64,000 nucleotides of DNA from an uncultured Planctomycetaceae bacterium (GTDB taxonomy: Bacteria; Planctomycetota; Planctomycetia; Pirellulales; PALSA-1355): contig CAWAUV010000007.1 in NCBI GenBank assembly GCA_963785305.1, positions 448,001 to 512,000 on the forward strand, read 5' to 3'. This document shows, one piece after another, positions 1 through 12,256 of this stretch. The number at the start of each line of letters is the position of its first letter. The stretch's first letter is position 1. The notes below the pieces were generated by a model. It searched no databases. It had not been told where the DNA came from and saw only the letters and a list, made by a program, of their open reading frames with translations. Position numbers and translations under genes: made by a program.

Positions 1-1
1 C

Positions 2-745
2 GCGGCGTCGACCGAAGCCCGGCTCGGCCGCGGGCAGGCGCGGTTGGAGACGGGCGACCACGACGGCGCCCTGGCCGACTACTCCGCGCTCATCGAGCGT
101 GAAGCCGCCAAGCCGCTCGGCGAGCGCTCGGCCGAAGCCTATATTGGCCGCGCCATCGTGCGTCAAGCCAAGCAAGCATGGCAAGAAAGCATCGCCGACC
201 TGGACGAATCCATTCGCATCAAGCCTAAACTTGCCGTCGCCTACAACAATCGCGGTTTCGCGTACTACAACGTCAACGACTTGCCGCGAGCCGTGGCCGA
301 CTTCGACGCGTCGCTCAAGCTCGACCCCAACTCGGCGCTCACCTACAACAACCGCGGCATTACCCATGCGCGCCAAAACAACTTCGACGCCGCGATCGTC
401 GACTTGAACGCCGCGATCAAGCTCGACCCGGAATATGCCGACGCCTACGGCAACCGCGGCTACGCCCTGCGGCAAAAGGGAGAGGTCGACAAGGCCGTGG
501 CCGACTACACGACCAACATTCGCTTGCGCCCCACCGCGCCGCAAGCATATCTCAATCGCGGGCTCGCGCATTACCATGCCAAGAGATTCGAGCTCGCGAT
601 CACCGACTTTTCAAAGGCGATCGAACTCGCGCCCACGCTGGCTTCGGCCTATCGCGCTCGCGGCCTGGCGTATCAGGCCGCCGGCAACGCGGCGCTCGCG
701 AAGCGCGATGGCGAGAAGGCCGAGCAACTTTCCGCGAAACCGTGA
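2..745 (+). CDS. Tetratricopeptide repeat (TPR) protein, 5' end outside the window
   Basis: Serial 34-aa TPR units (AYNNRGFAY, TYNNRGITH, AYGNRGYAL, AYLNRGLAH); the frame is open back to base 2. Confidence 0.92.
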   Translation, partial: AASTEARLGRGQARLETGDHDGALADYSALIEREAAKPLGERSAEAYIGRAIVRQAKQAWQESIADLDESIRIKPKLAVAYNNRGFAYYNVNDLPRAVADFDASLKLDPNSALTYNNRGITHARQNNFDAAIVDLNAAIKLDPEYADAYGNRGYALRQKGEVDKAVADYTTNIRLRPTAPQAYLNRGLAHYHAKRFELAITDFSKAIELAPTLASAYRARGLAYQAAGNAALAKRDGEKAEQLSAKP

Positions 746-1078
746 GCGTGGCGCGGCTGGCGGCGACAAGCGGTTGCTAGCGTGCGTCTTCGTGTCGGGC
801 CAGCCAATGCCCCCCGCGCGACTTTGCCGCTTTCGCGGGTTGTGTGGGCGCGCGGGCGAATTCGTCGGTGGAGAGTTCCTCGCGATCTGTATTTGCCGTT
901 GGATTCCCACAACCGGCGAATCCGATGCCATGATTACGCCCGGCGCAATGAGAACAATCGCCCCTGCTTGCGCTGCCGGCGCCCAATCGACGGGGCCTCG
1001 CGCCCGGGCTCTCGCTCGCGGCGACTCGCAACGGGTTGCCGCGCGGGTGGTTTCAGAAGTCTCATTTCCCGAGCTTGC

Positions 1079-2698
1079 ATGAAGTCTCGCTTGTCGCCGA
1101 TTTTCGTCGCCGTGGTCGCCGCGCTCTTCATGCGCACGGGACGCTCGGCGCGCAGATCACGTCGCTGGCCGACGACATTATCCTGATCAGCAAAGGCGCT
1201 CAGGCGGAGCAAGATCAGCAGTCGCGCGGCCGACTGGGAAGGGCCATCGGCGGATCGGACAACCTGCTTGGCCCAAGCCCCGGCTTCGCGCGCCGGTGCT
1301 GGGGCTGGGAGAGTCGCCCGGCTCGCGCGGCGCCTCGACCCAGAAGCCTGGTGGCGATGTGCTCTCGAACATCGGCCGCGAAGGTCATGATTTTCGTCGC
1401 ATACGCGCAAAACCATGGCGCAACAGCCGAGCAAATTGCCCCCGATCTTCGGCCCCATGGAAATTCCCGCCGAAGAAGACGCAACGCCGGCCGATGGCCT
1501 GACGCTCGAACAAGCGATCGCGCGGCTGATTGCCAAGAATCATGAACTGCGCAACAAGTTTTACGAGATTCCCCAGGCTCGGGCCGATGTGCTCACCGCC
1601 AGTTTGCGGGCCAACCCGCTCTGGTTCGCCGGCGCGTCGGCGCTGCCCTATGGTCAATACAGCGCCCAGCGACCCGGCCAGCCGAGCTATGGCGGCACGC
1701 TCATTTATCCGTTCGACGTATCGCACAAGCGCGTGTCCCGCACCGAAGTGGCTCAGTGGGAAGTCCGCGTGCTCGAGGCACAATATCAAGACGCGGTGCG
1801 GCAAGAGATCGAGTTGCTGCATGCGGCGTGGCTGGATGTGCTCGCGGCCCGGGAAACAATGCGTTATGCCCAGGCGAGCAAAGCCGGCCTCGAGCATTTG
1901 GCGCGGCTCGGCAAGACTCAGATCGAAGGACAAGCCATCTCGCGCTCGGATTACGATCGAATCTTGATCCAGTTCGAATCGGCGCAGATCGCGGTCGAGC
2001 AGGCGAACGCTGAATTGCGGCTGGCGAATCATCGGCTCGGGCTGCTGCTCGACTACGCGCCGGCCGAAGCGGACGAGATTCGGCTGAATTCCAAATTGCG
2101 ATCCGTCGCCCCGCCGTTGCCGGCTCGCGAGGAATTGATCACGCAAGCGATCGCCCGCCGGCCCGATATCAACGCCTACCGCTTGGGCGTGCAAAGGGCC
2201 GAGGCCGATGTGCGGCTAGCCGAGGCCGAGAAGACGGCCGATGTATTCGCCCTCTATTCGCCCTACAACTATCAAGACAATCGCCCGACCGGAACCCAGA
2301 GCGTTTCCAATTGGTCGCTCGCCTTCTTCGGGAGCGTGCCGCTGTTTAATCGCAATCAGGGCAATATTCAACGGGCACAACTCAATGTGTCGCAAACCCG
2401 TTCCGAGCTTTCGACGGTCGAGCATCATATTACGGTCGAGGTGGGCGACGCGCTCGATGAATATCAAGCGGCGCAGGAGGCCATGCTGCGGATCGAGCGC
2501 ACGATCTTGCCGCGCTCGATGCGCATTCGCGCCGCGTCGATCCGGCTGCTCGAATCGGGGGAATCCAGCGCGCTTGATTTCTTGAACGTCCAGCGCGAAC
2601 ACAGCGAAGTGGTGCGGCAATATCGCGACGCGCTGATCCGGCGCCGCCGCGCGATGCTGCGAGTCAACACCGCGGTCGGCCAGCGAATTCTGCCGTAA
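1079..2698 (+). CDS. TolC/CzcC-family outer-membrane efflux protein, N-terminus frameshifted
   Basis: ORF 1415..2698 has OEP signatures (LTLEQAIARL, ARRPDI, VPLFNRNQGNI). A signal-peptide-like MKSRLSPIFVAVVAALF starts at ATG 1079 in another frame. Confidence 0.8.
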
Positions 2699-2867
2699 AA
2701 GAAGCCTGGCCGCCGCGGTTTTTTCGAGCGATGCGCGCGAGCGGGTTCGTTCTCGCTCGCGGCGCTAGAATCGCCTCGGTCCGGCGTGTAGGATGGCAGC
2801 CATCTCCGCGGGCGCACCCCGTTTTCGGCTCCTCGGAATCCAGCTTCACTTCGAAAAAGGCCCAGGC

Positions 2868-4359
2868 ATGACGAACGCGTCGCCCACGCGGTGGACCCGC
2901 GAAATGACCGGTTACCACTGGTTCGTGTTGATCGTGGCGTCGCTCGGCTGGTTGTTCGATTGTCTCGATCAGCAACTGTTCAATATCGCCCGCGTGCCGG
3001 CAATGAATGATCTGCTCAAGCCCGCGGCGGCCACGGAAGCCCAAAAAACATGGTGGGAATCGCATCGCGACTTCGGCGGTGGAGGAGAAAGGCAAGGGCT
3101 GGCGGGTCGAGGGTGAGCCGGGCTATTTCGACGACGCCGGTCGCTCGATGACCGATCGCAAGGACCCCAAATTCTACGGCACGGTGGCCACCAGCATCTT
3201 TCTCATTGGCTGGGCAACCGGCGGCTTGATCTTCGGCGTGGTCGGCGACCGGCTGGGCCGCGCCAAGACAATGGTCATCACGATCTTCATCTATGCGGTC
3301 TGCACCGGGCTAAGCGCCTTGGCCACCGGGTTCTGGGATTTCGCGTTCTATCGGTTCATCACGGGCTTGGGCGTCGGCGGCGAATTTGCCGTCGGCGTGG
3401 CGCTGATCGCCGAAACGGTGCCAGCCTCGGCCCGCACCCAAGCGCTGGCGCTGTTGCAAGCGCTCTCGGCGGTGGGCAATGTGCTCGCCGCGCTGATCGC
3501 CATCTTTTTCGGACACTTGGAACAAACCGGCGCGGGCGGCTCGATGCTGGGGCTCGCTTCCTGGCGCTGGATGTTCATTATCGGCGCCGTGCCGGCTTTG
3601 TTCGTGGTGTTCATCCAGCGAAAGCTCAAGGAGCCCGAGGCCTGGCTCAAGATGAAAGCCGCGGGCGGCGTGGGCGTTCACAAGGCCGGCTCGTATGCCG
3701 CGCTGTTCGAAGACCCTCGCTGGCGACGGCATACGATCATCGGCCTCCTCTTGGCCGGAGTCGGCGTGATCGGTCTCTGGGGCATCGGGTTTTTCGCCGT
3801 CGACTTGCAGCGGTACGTGAATCGGCAGAATCTCGAAAACGAGGGATTCTTGCCGGGCTCGGAGCTCGACGGGGCCCTGATGAAGTGGCAAGGCATCGCG
3901 TCGATGATGATTCAGATCGGCGCGTTTTTCGGAATGCTCACGTTTGGCAAAGTCGCGCAGCGATTTGGGCGCCGGCCCGCATTTGCCCTCGCCTTTCTTG
4001 GCGCCTTCGGCAGCACCCTGCTCGTATTTTTCGAACTCAGCGATTGGACTGACTTTTGGATGCTCAGCCTCATGGGCTACTTCCAGCTCTCGCTATTTGC
4101 CGGTTACGCGATCTATTTTCCCGAGCTGTTTCCCACGAGCCTCCGCAGCACGGGAACATCGTTTTGCTACAACGTCGGCCGGTTCGTCGCCGCGTCGGGG
4201 CCGCTTCTGCTCGGCTATCTGACGACCGAGGTTTTCGCGGGCTATGGCAGACCGCTGGATAGTCGCTATGCCGGAGCGACCATGTGCGCGGTGTTTATCC
4301 TCGGTTTGCTGGTGTTGCCATTTGCTCCCGAAACCCGCGGTCGACCTTTGCCGGAGTAG
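2868..4359 (+). CDS. MFS transporter, one frameshift near 3070
   Basis: TM1 GYHWFVLIVASLGWLFDCLDQQLF in the 2793 frame; MFS motif A (GVVGDRLGRAKTM), GLGVGGEFAVG and PETRGRPLPE in the 3007 frame. Confidence 0.88.
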
Positions 4360-4361
4360 CC

Positions 4362-5570
4362 ATGCCCCGGGCCTCGGCTTCAAATAGCGGCGCGCTCGCG
4401 CGAAAGAGTCGTCCGCTGGTGAAGAAAAACGCCCCGGTGATCGGCGCCGCCGCCGAAGCCGCCGAGTTGCTCGCGCCGGCTCGGCTGCGGCGGTTTCGTC
4501 GCCGGCTCGTGACATGGTTTCAAACCCATCGCCGCGATTTGCCCTGGCGACGTTCGCGCGATCCCTACCGAGTGTGGATCAGCGAGATCATGCTCCAGCA
4601 AACGCAAGTAGCCACGGTCATTCCCTATTTCGAGCGGTTTCTCGCCGCGTTTCCAAATGTCGAGAGTCTCGCCGCGGCGCGGGAAGAAGAGGTGCTGCGT
4701 CTCTGGGAAGGGCTGGGCTATTATCGCCGGGCCCGACAGTTGCACGCCGCCGCCGCCCGCATTGTCGCCGAGCACGGCGGCGAGTTTCCCCGCTCGCTCG
4801 ACGCGCTGCGCGCCTTGCCCGGCGTGGGGCGCTGCACGGCCGGGGCGATCGCTTCGATCGCTTATGACCTGCCGGCCCCGATCCTCGAAGCCAACACCGT
4901 GCGGCTCTTGGCCCGACTCGTGGCCTACTCGGGCGATGTGACATCCGGCGCCGGCCAATCGCTGCTCTGGCGCGTGGCCGAATCGCTTGTGCCGGCGCGA
5001 AATCCCGGTGAATTGAATCAGGCGCTCATGGAGCTCGGCGCGCTGGTTTGCACGCCGCGCGAGCCGCGCTGCGAAGCGTGTCCCGTGGCAGCGCACTGCG
5101 CCGCGCGCCGCGCAAAGCGCGAGCGTGAGCTGCCGCGCCCCAAAACCAAAATCCCGGCGACTCATTTGCATGAAGCCGCGATCGTCGTGCGCCGTGGCGA
5201 GCGGATATTTGTGCGGCAGTGCGGCGAAGGCGAACGCTGGGCCGGACTGTGGGATTTTCCACGCGTCGCCTGGACCGGTCGCGAGACCGAGGCGCATCGC
5301 GAATGGACGATGGCGGTGCGAGAGCTGACCGGCTTACAAGTTCGCATCGGTCCCCATCTCGCCACGCTCAAACACGGCGTCACGCGCTATCGCATCACGC
5401 TCCATTGCCACGCGGCCCAGTGGGTCTCGGGCCGGTTGGCGGCGAAGCGCGGCGGCCCGGCTCGCTGGGTGAGCGTGGCGGAGCTCGACGCCCTGCCGCT
5501 GAGCGCGACCGGCCGCAAGATCGGCCATTTACTGCTCCAGAGCCCGGCGAATCGGTCCGCGATTCGTTAA
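4362..5570 (+). CDS. mutY: A/G-specific adenine DNA glycosylase
   Basis: RDLPWR, WISEIMLQQTQV, WEGLGYYRRAR, HhH LPGVG, 4Fe-4S cluster motif CTPREPRCEACPVAAHC, C-terminal NUDIX-like domain. Confidence 0.95.
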   Translation: MPRASASNSGALARKSRPLVKKNAPVIGAAAEAAELLAPARLRRFRRRLVTWFQTHRRDLPWRRSRDPYRVWISEIMLQQTQVATVIPYFERFLAAFPNVESLAAAREEEVLRLWEGLGYYRRARQLHAAAARIVAEHGGEFPRSLDALRALPGVGRCTAGAIASIAYDLPAPILEANTVRLLARLVAYSGDVTSGAGQSLLWRVAESLVPARNPGELNQALMELGALVCTPREPRCEACPVAAHCAARRAKRERELPRPKTKIPATHLHEAAIVVRRGERIFVRQCGEGERWAGLWDFPRVAWTGRETEAHREWTMAVRELTGLQVRIGPHLATLKHGVTRYRITLHCHAAQWVSGRLAAKRGGPARWVSVAELDALPLSATGRKIGHLLLQSPANRSAIR

Positions 5571-5864
5571 GGGCCGCTTGGCGCCAAGTGTTTTCCCGCC
5601 GGTGTTTGGCGCGCCGTCGATCGATCGCTGGCGTTTTGCGACGCGAGGAGGCGACGCGGAATGCTCCTTGATAGCGTAATTCGTCGAGCGATTTACGGCC
5701 ATGATATTCTGTGTACAATGTCATCTTGCGGGCTTGTCCGGCGCCTCCTTCTCTTCGCGTATGGGAGAGGGGGCGCCGAAGTTCTCGGATAGGCTTTTAT
5801 TGATTTGCTGAACCCGCAACGGGTCCATGCTCCACCGCCGCACCATTCCCGCCTGGAGATCGCG

Positions 5865-8306
5865 ATGAAATCCGCCTTGGGACCATCACTCGCGCGGACG
5901 GCGCTTGCCGTTGTGCTGCTTGGTTGTGCGGGCTCTTGGGCTGCGGCCGCCAAACCGAAACCGCCGATCGCGAATCCCGACTTCACGCGGGGCGACAAGC
6001 CGGGCGACGCTCACGATTGGACACTGGGCCCCACCGGCGCTCGGGGCTGGATTTTTAGCAAGAATGGGCACTCGGCGACGGCGCGGCAAATCCTGGTGAC
6101 CGCCGTGGCCAAAGGTTCGCCGGCCGATGGCGCGCTCGAGGTGGGCGATGTGATTCTGGGGGTCGCCGGCGGTAACTTCACGAGCGATGCCCGCGTCGCG
6201 TTCGCCGACGCGATCATGCGGGCAGAGGCCGACACGGCCGGGCGAGGATTGCGACTCGTTCGCTGGCGCGACGGCAAGACCGGCGAAGCGGTCGTGCGGT
6301 TAGCGGCGCTGGGGGCTTATAGCGCGACCGCGCCCTACGATTGCCCCAAATCGCGACGGATTTTCGAGGAAGGCTGCAAGGCGCTCGCCGAGCGCATGGG
6401 TTCGCCGGACTACCCACGACATCAGCATCCGATTCCCCGCGCTAAACGCCTTGGCGCTGGTGGCGAGCGATGACACGGCCCGCTGGCCGCTGTTGCAGCG
6501 CGAAGCGGCTTGGGCCGCCTCGTACGACGGCGAGGGTTTCAAACCCTGGAATTTCGGCTACATCCTCATGTTTCTCGCGGAATATCGCATCGCCACCGGC
6601 GACGCGTCCGTCATGTCGGGGATCGAGCGACTCGCGAATCAAGCGGTCGAGGGCCAAAGCGCCGTGGGCACATGGGGCCACAACTTCGCCCTGCCCAATG
6701 GCAACCTCAACGGTTACGGCTGCATGAATCAGCCGGGCATCACGCTCACGATCGGCCTCGAACTGGCGCACGAGGCGGGCATGAAGAGCCCGGCGCTCGA
6801 TCGGGCCATCGCCAAGGCGACGAGTTTCGTGCGTTGGTATGTCAACAAGGGGGCCGTCCCCTACGGCGACCATCAACCTTGGAACGGCCACGAGGACAAC
6901 GGCAAGTGCGCAAGCGCCGCGGTGATGTTCGATCTCATCGGTGATCGCGAAGCCGCCGAATTCTTCGCCAAGATGGCCACCGCCGGCTACAGTGAACGCG
7001 AACGCGGCCACACCGGCAACTATTTCAACGTGCTCTGGGCGCTGCCCGGCGTTGCTCGCTGCGGTCCCTTGGCCACCGGCGCTTATTTCAAGGAGCAGGG
7101 TTGGTACTACGACTTGGCCCGCGGTTGGGACGGCTTCTACCATTACCAAGGCTCGCCGATCGGCGAGGAGGAGCACAATACGTACACCGACTGGGATTGC
7201 TCGGGCGGCTATTTGCTCTCGTACGCGCTCTTGAAGAAGAATCTGATTCTCACGGGCAAAAAGAAATTTTCCGTGACCCCGCTCGACGCCGCGCAAGTGG
7301 CCGAGGTGATCGCCGCCGGCCGCGACTATGAATACAAGGGCGAAAAGAGCGGCTACGATTCGCGTTCCACGGAGCAACTCCTCGCGGGGCTTTCGAGTTG
7401 GTCGCCGCCGGTGCGTACGCGCTCGGCGCAAGCGTTGGCCCGGCGGCAAGGCGACTTCGTGCCCACGCTGCTCAAGATGCTGGATGGCCCCGACCGCGAC
7501 ACCCGCTATGGGGCGTGTGAAGCGCTTGGCGCCCTGGGGGCCCGGTCCGACACCGCGGGGCCGCATTGCGCGACTTGCTCAAGGATTCCGATCCCTGGCT
7601 GCAAACACTCGCCGCGAAGGCGCTGCCGGCCTTGAGCGAACAAGAACGCAAGGCGAGCGTGAGCGCGCTGCTCGGCATGACAGTGCGCGACAATCCGGCC
7701 GATCCGCGGCACATGGCCCAGCGGGCGGCGGGCATCGCGCTCTTCGCGCCTTATCCCGGCAGTCAAGGACCGAAAAGCATTCTCTCGCAATCGCTCGACG
7801 GCGTGGATCGCAAGCTGCTTTATCCAGCGGTTCAATTACTGCTGAAAAACGACGACAGCGTGGCTCGAAGCTCGGTCGCCGAGATTTATCCGGAGCTTAC
7901 GGATCAAGACCTCGTGGCGCTGCTGCCCGCGATCGCGAAGTCGATCGAGCATTTGGCGCCAAGCAACGAGATGTTCGGCGACGGGATTCGGCTGGCGGGA
8001 ATTGACTTGCTTTCGCGGCTGCGCATTCGCGAGGGCATCCCGCTATGCGTGGCGATGATCGACGCTCAGCGCTGGGGAATGCCGAATCGTTTGCCGAAAT
8101 GCGTCGAGTGTCTACGGCGCTACGGCGCTCATGCGCGGGCGGTGCTACCCGAGTTGAAAAAGGTCCGCGGCGAAATCGCCGATTTCCGTCCCCATGCGAA
8201 TAACCTTCCCGTGATCGATCGCGCGATCGCCGAGATCGAAGCGAGCACCGCGCGGCCTGAGCTCGTGAGCCTCGAAGAGTTCAAGTCGCGTCCGGACGGG
8301 CGCTGA
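5865..8306 (+). CDS. DUF6288-type secreted protein (PDZ-like + alpha-barrel + HEAT repeats), split by two frameshifts (~6445, ~7565)
   Basis: Signal peptide, NPDFTRGD..HDWTLGPTGARGW, PDZ-like GSPADGALEVGDVILG, GYGCMNQPG, ERGHTGNYFN, HEAT-like C-terminus; ORFs 5805/6451/7566 join end to end. Confidence 0.72.
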
Positions 8307-8459
8307 AGGGGTCTTCGCTTTGGGCTTTAGGCTTGGGGGTCGCCAAGCCGATCGTTGCCCACATAAACCTGAAACGCCAGCGAAGGAAGGCGTCGCGGAC
8401 GACAATCCATCGACCTTCCGAGCTGGGACTTTTTAATCGTTTTACCGGAGCCATCTTCC

Positions 8460-9665
8460 ATGAAACCGCACCGCAGTCTCGTCGTGCTCGCGCTTCTCGT
8501 CGGCCTGGGGTTTGCATCCCGCGCTTTTGCCGACCCCAAGACCCTGAAGGTCTTTATCTTGGCCGGGCAATCGAACATGGAAGGCCATGCGAAAGTCGAT
8601 ACCTTCGACTACATCGGCGACGATCCGGCCACGGCTCCGCTCTTGAAGCGGATGCGAGCGGCGGATGGAACCCCCACCACTTGCGATCATGTCTGGATTT
8701 CGTACTTCACCGGCGGCGAGACCAACGGCGAAGGGTTCGGAAAGCTTACGGCCGGCTACGGCTCACGCCGCGATCCGGCTGAGTCCGGCGGCAAGATTGG
8801 GCCCGAGTTCACGTTTGGCCTCGCAATGGAACGCGAGATCCAGCAGCCGGTGCTGATCATCAAAACCGCCTGGGGCGGCAAATCGCTGTTCTACGATTTT
8901 CGTCCGCCCAGCGCCGGCGCATATCCCCGCACATCCGCCGATATCGAAAAGAATCAGCGGCCGGAAGACAACTCGGGCCATTACTATCGACTGATGCTCG
9001 AACATGTGCGCCGGGTGCTGGCCGATCCCAAGCGAGTGTGTCCGGCCTACGATGAAAAAGCCGGCCACGAGCTCGCCGGGTTCGTTTGGTTTCAAGGCTG
9101 GAACGACATGGTGGATCACGGCGTGTACCCCGAGAAGCGAACGGATGGACGTCCGCGCTTTGCTTTTTATTCCGATCTGATGGCCGACTTCATCCGCGAT
9201 GTCCGCAAGGATCTAAACGCGCCGAAGATGCCGTTTGTCATCGGGGTGATGGGCGTCGGAGGATTGAATGCGACGGGCGGCGGCGCGGAATTCCGTCAGG
9301 CGATGGCGGCGCCGGCCGAATTGCCTGAATTTCGCGGCAATGTGATCGCGGTTGAAACCGCCCCGTTTTGGGACGCCCCACTCGCCGCCATCGATAAAAA
9401 GCGTGATCAGGTCCGCCAAATGGGCTACTACCTGAACTCGAAGCACAAGGACCACCCAAACAAAGACGGCTCCATGACCGAGGAGCGGAAGCGGGCCTAT
9501 CTCAAGGAATATGAAGCGAACCTTATCTCGCCCGAGGAAGTGGCGCTCTGGAAACGCGGCGCCTCGAACGCCGGGTACCACTATTTAGGCTGCGCGAAGA
9601 CGTTTGCCATGATGGGCGAGGCATTTGCCAACGCCATCCTATCGATGCAGCCCCGGCAAAAATGA
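8460..9665 (+). CDS. Sialate O-acetylesterase (SASA, SGNH) family protein
   Basis: Signal peptide; VFILAGQSNMEG, IGPEFTFG, IKTAWGGKSL, FVWFQGWND, GYHYLG. Confidence 0.88.
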   Translation: MKPHRSLVVLALLVGLGFASRAFADPKTLKVFILAGQSNMEGHAKVDTFDYIGDDPATAPLLKRMRAADGTPTTCDHVWISYFTGGETNGEGFGKLTAGYGSRRDPAESGGKIGPEFTFGLAMEREIQQPVLIIKTAWGGKSLFYDFRPPSAGAYPRTSADIEKNQRPEDNSGHYYRLMLEHVRRVLADPKRVCPAYDEKAGHELAGFVWFQGWNDMVDHGVYPEKRTDGRPRFAFYSDLMADFIRDVRKDLNAPKMPFVIGVMGVGGLNATGGGAEFRQAMAAPAELPEFRGNVIAVETAPFWDAPLAAIDKKRDQVRQMGYYLNSKHKDHPNKDGSMTEERKRAYLKEYEANLISPEEVALWKRGASNAGYHYLGCAKTFAMMGEAFANAILSMQPRQK

Positions 9666-9858
9666 CCGCGGGTGCGCGAATGTAGTGGTCGAATGTGACG
9701 CCGCCCGTCTTCACTAGCGGTTCAACTTCAAACCGTCGACAGCGAGTCAGCCGCGTTCCCGGAGTTGGATTCGAGTCTGGGCCCTGCCTATGATGGCTGG
9801 CTGACAGGCTCTTTGGCCCATGAAACGCCCCCGCCGCCGGCCCCGAGGAATGTGGACC

Positions 9859-12159
9859 ATGAATCGCTGGAAAATTTATGCGCTGTTGGGATTTTGCGTT
9901 GCCTGCGGCGGTGCGACGTTCGCGCGTTCGCTCGCGGCCGCGGAGCCCGTTCGTCTTGGCGCCGGCGGCTATTGGCTCGAGCGTCCCTTCGGCGCCAAAG
10001 GTCCGCCGGAGGAGATCTACGCCACTCCCGAGGCCCTCGTGCGCAAGATTCCCACCAACGATTGGTGGAGCTCGCTCGCCTGGATGCCGTTTTCCGAGCG
10101 GCAGTATCCGCATCCCTTGGCCGTGTGCGCCACCCCGGGCGGAATGCGAATCTTCTATCCGGGCGCGAACATCACCGCCAATCGCGATGCGATCTTCGGT
10201 TTCATGCCGGCCGACGGGTCCGACGATTTCGTGCTCGGTCATTCGGCCCAAGCCACGTTTCCCGATGCCCGCGTGAGCGACTGGAGCGATTGGTTCGTCA
10301 CGGCGAAATTCGCCGTCGGCGAGCGTTCGATGCTCGTCACTTGCGGGCACGGCTCGCCCTATGTGTTCGCCACGTTGACCGGCGGCGTGCCGGAGCTTCG
10401 CTTCGCCGAACCACCCAAAGTGTTCAGCGGCGAAGCGCACAGTGCCGTCATTGGTCTCGCGATTCACGGCAAACACTACGGCCTGTTCGCTCCGGCCGGC
10501 TCGCGTTGGTCGGGCCTGGGAACGAAAACGCTTTTGTGCCAAGCGCCGGCGAGTCCCTGTTACTTTTCGATCGGCATTTTGCCCGACGACCGACCGGACA
10601 CGCTCGCCCTATTTCGCCAACACGCTTATGCCCATGTCACCGATTCGCGCGTGACATGGAGCTACGACGAAACTTCCAGCGCCGTGACCACGCGTTTTAC
10701 CGTTTCGACCAAGAACCACGGCGGCGAGAGCGACACGACCTTGATGGCGCTCTACCCGCATCAATGGCGACATACCTCGGCCAACATGCTCGCGGCCCCG
10801 GGTGGCTCCGGCCCGAGCGGGTCCGAACCGCTCGGCTATGGCAGCGTGCGCGGGCGGATGCGATTAATCAAAGGCAATGCGTTCGATACGCGTTATCGCT
10901 TTGCGGGCGTGTTGCCGGGGCTGCCCAGGACGCCGACGTGTGACCCGGCAGTCATCGCCGAACTGCTCAAGGCCGAAGTCGCGACTCCGGCGCCTCCCTC
11001 CAAGGACAGTTACTGGGACGGAAAATATGTCGGTCGACTCGCCACGCTCCTGCCGATCGCCGATGTGCATGGCCAATCCGAAATCGCCGAGGAACTGCAA
11101 AAGCGGCTCCGCGACCGACTCGAAGCTTGGCTTTCGGCGGCGCGCGAAAAACCCGGCGGGCGATTCTGTTACGACAAACGCTGGTCGACGTTGATCGGCT
11201 ATCCGGCGAGCTACGGCTCGGACGTGGAGCTCAACGACCATCATTTTCACTATGGTTATTTTATCCGCGCCGCCGCCGAACTCGCGCGGCACGATCCGGC
11301 GTGGGCCAAGCCCGAACGCTGGGGCGCGATGATCGATCTCTTGATTCGCGATGTCGCCGCTCCCGACCGCGACGATCCGCTATTTCCCTTCTTGCGAAAT
11401 TTCGATCCCCATGCTGGCCACTCCTGGGCCTCGGGCCATGCGAAATTCGGCGATGGCAACAACAATGAATCGTCGTCGGAAGCAATGAACGCTTGGTATG
11501 GCGTGCTCCTCTGGGGCCAATTCACGGGCGACAAACGGCTCCGCGATCTGGGCGCCTGGCTTTACACGACCGAAATGCAGGCGATCAACGACTATTGGTT
11601 CGATATCCACGACCAGAACCATCCGGCGTCTTATACGCCGTCGGTCGTCACCATGGTCTGGGGCGGCAAGGGGGCCAATGGAACTTGGTTCACGGCCAAT
11701 CCCGAAATGGTTCACGGCATCAACTGGCTGCCAATCACGGCCGGCTCGCTCTACTTGGGCCAGAACCCCGATTATGTGCGGAAGAACTACCGCGCACTCG
11801 TGGCGGAAAACGGCTCGACCCAGTGGGACGCCTGGGCCGATCTCATTTGGATGTATGAAGCGCTCGACGATCCGGACGACGCGCTCCGGCAGTTCGAGGC
11901 GGCCCGCGGCCAGCGTCCGCCGCTGGAAGAAGGCAACAGCTTGGCAAACGCATATCAATGGATATGCGCGCTCAAGTCGCTGGGCAAGGTCACGACCGGC
12001 GTCACCGCCGACACGCCGCTCTTCGCCGTGTTCGATCGTGGAGCAACGCGGAGTTATTGCGTTTACAACGAGCGTTCCCAGCCGCGCGCCGTGCTATTTT
12101 CCGACGGCCACGAACTGCTCGCCCCGGCCAGATCGTTTCAGCTCGACAGCGGAAAATAA
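9859..12159 (+). CDS. Endo-1,3-beta-glucanase, glycoside hydrolase family 81
   Basis: IPTNDWWSSL, LNDHHFHYGY, RNFDPHAGHSWASG, GNNNESSSEAMNAW, HGINWLP. Confidence 0.92.
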   Translation: MNRWKIYALLGFCVACGGATFARSLAAAEPVRLGAGGYWLERPFGAKGPPEEIYATPEALVRKIPTNDWWSSLAWMPFSERQYPHPLAVCATPGGMRIFYPGANITANRDAIFGFMPADGSDDFVLGHSAQATFPDARVSDWSDWFVTAKFAVGERSMLVTCGHGSPYVFATLTGGVPELRFAEPPKVFSGEAHSAVIGLAIHGKHYGLFAPAGSRWSGLGTKTLLCQAPASPCYFSIGILPDDRPDTLALFRQHAYAHVTDSRVTWSYDETSSAVTTRFTVSTKNHGGESDTTLMALYPHQWRHTSANMLAAPGGSGPSGSEPLGYGSVRGRMRLIKGNAFDTRYRFAGVLPGLPRTPTCDPAVIAELLKAEVATPAPPSKDSYWDGKYVGRLATLLPIADVHGQSEIAEELQKRLRDRLEAWLSAAREKPGGRFCYDKRWSTLIGYPASYGSDVELNDHHFHYGYFIRAAAELARHDPAWAKPERWGAMIDLLIRDVAAPDRDDPLFPFLRNFDPHAGHSWASGHAKFGDGNNNESSSEAMNAWYGVLLWGQFTGDKRLRDLGAWLYTTEMQAINDYWFDIHDQNHPASYTPSVVTMVWGGKGANGTWFTANPEMVHGINWLPITAGSLYLGQNPDYVRKNYRALVAENGSTQWDAWADLIWMYEALDDPDDALRQFEAARGQRPPLEEGNSLANAYQWICALKSLGKVTTGVTADTPLFAVFDRGATRSYCVYNERSQPRAVLFSDGHELLAPARSFQLDSGK

Positions 12160-12223
12160 CGATCATGCTTCCGCATCGCCTCGGAGGGGCTCTAAAGTGC
12201 GCCGTGAATCCATCCTGTGGGAC

Positions 12224-12256
12224 AAAAAGAAACCCCACGGAGGGCGATCCGTGGGG
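12224..12256 (-). terminator. Probable intrinsic terminator for the minus-strand gumC-like gene
   Basis: Perfect 9-bp stem CCCCACGGA-gggcga-TCCGTGGGG (12233-12256), followed on the minus strand by TTTCTTTTT; lies between convergent genes. Confidence 0.6.

Noticed and set aside
8364..8390. AACCTGAAACGCCAGCGAAGG as a REP half-site
   Set aside because: No convincing inverted partner or second copy in the window.
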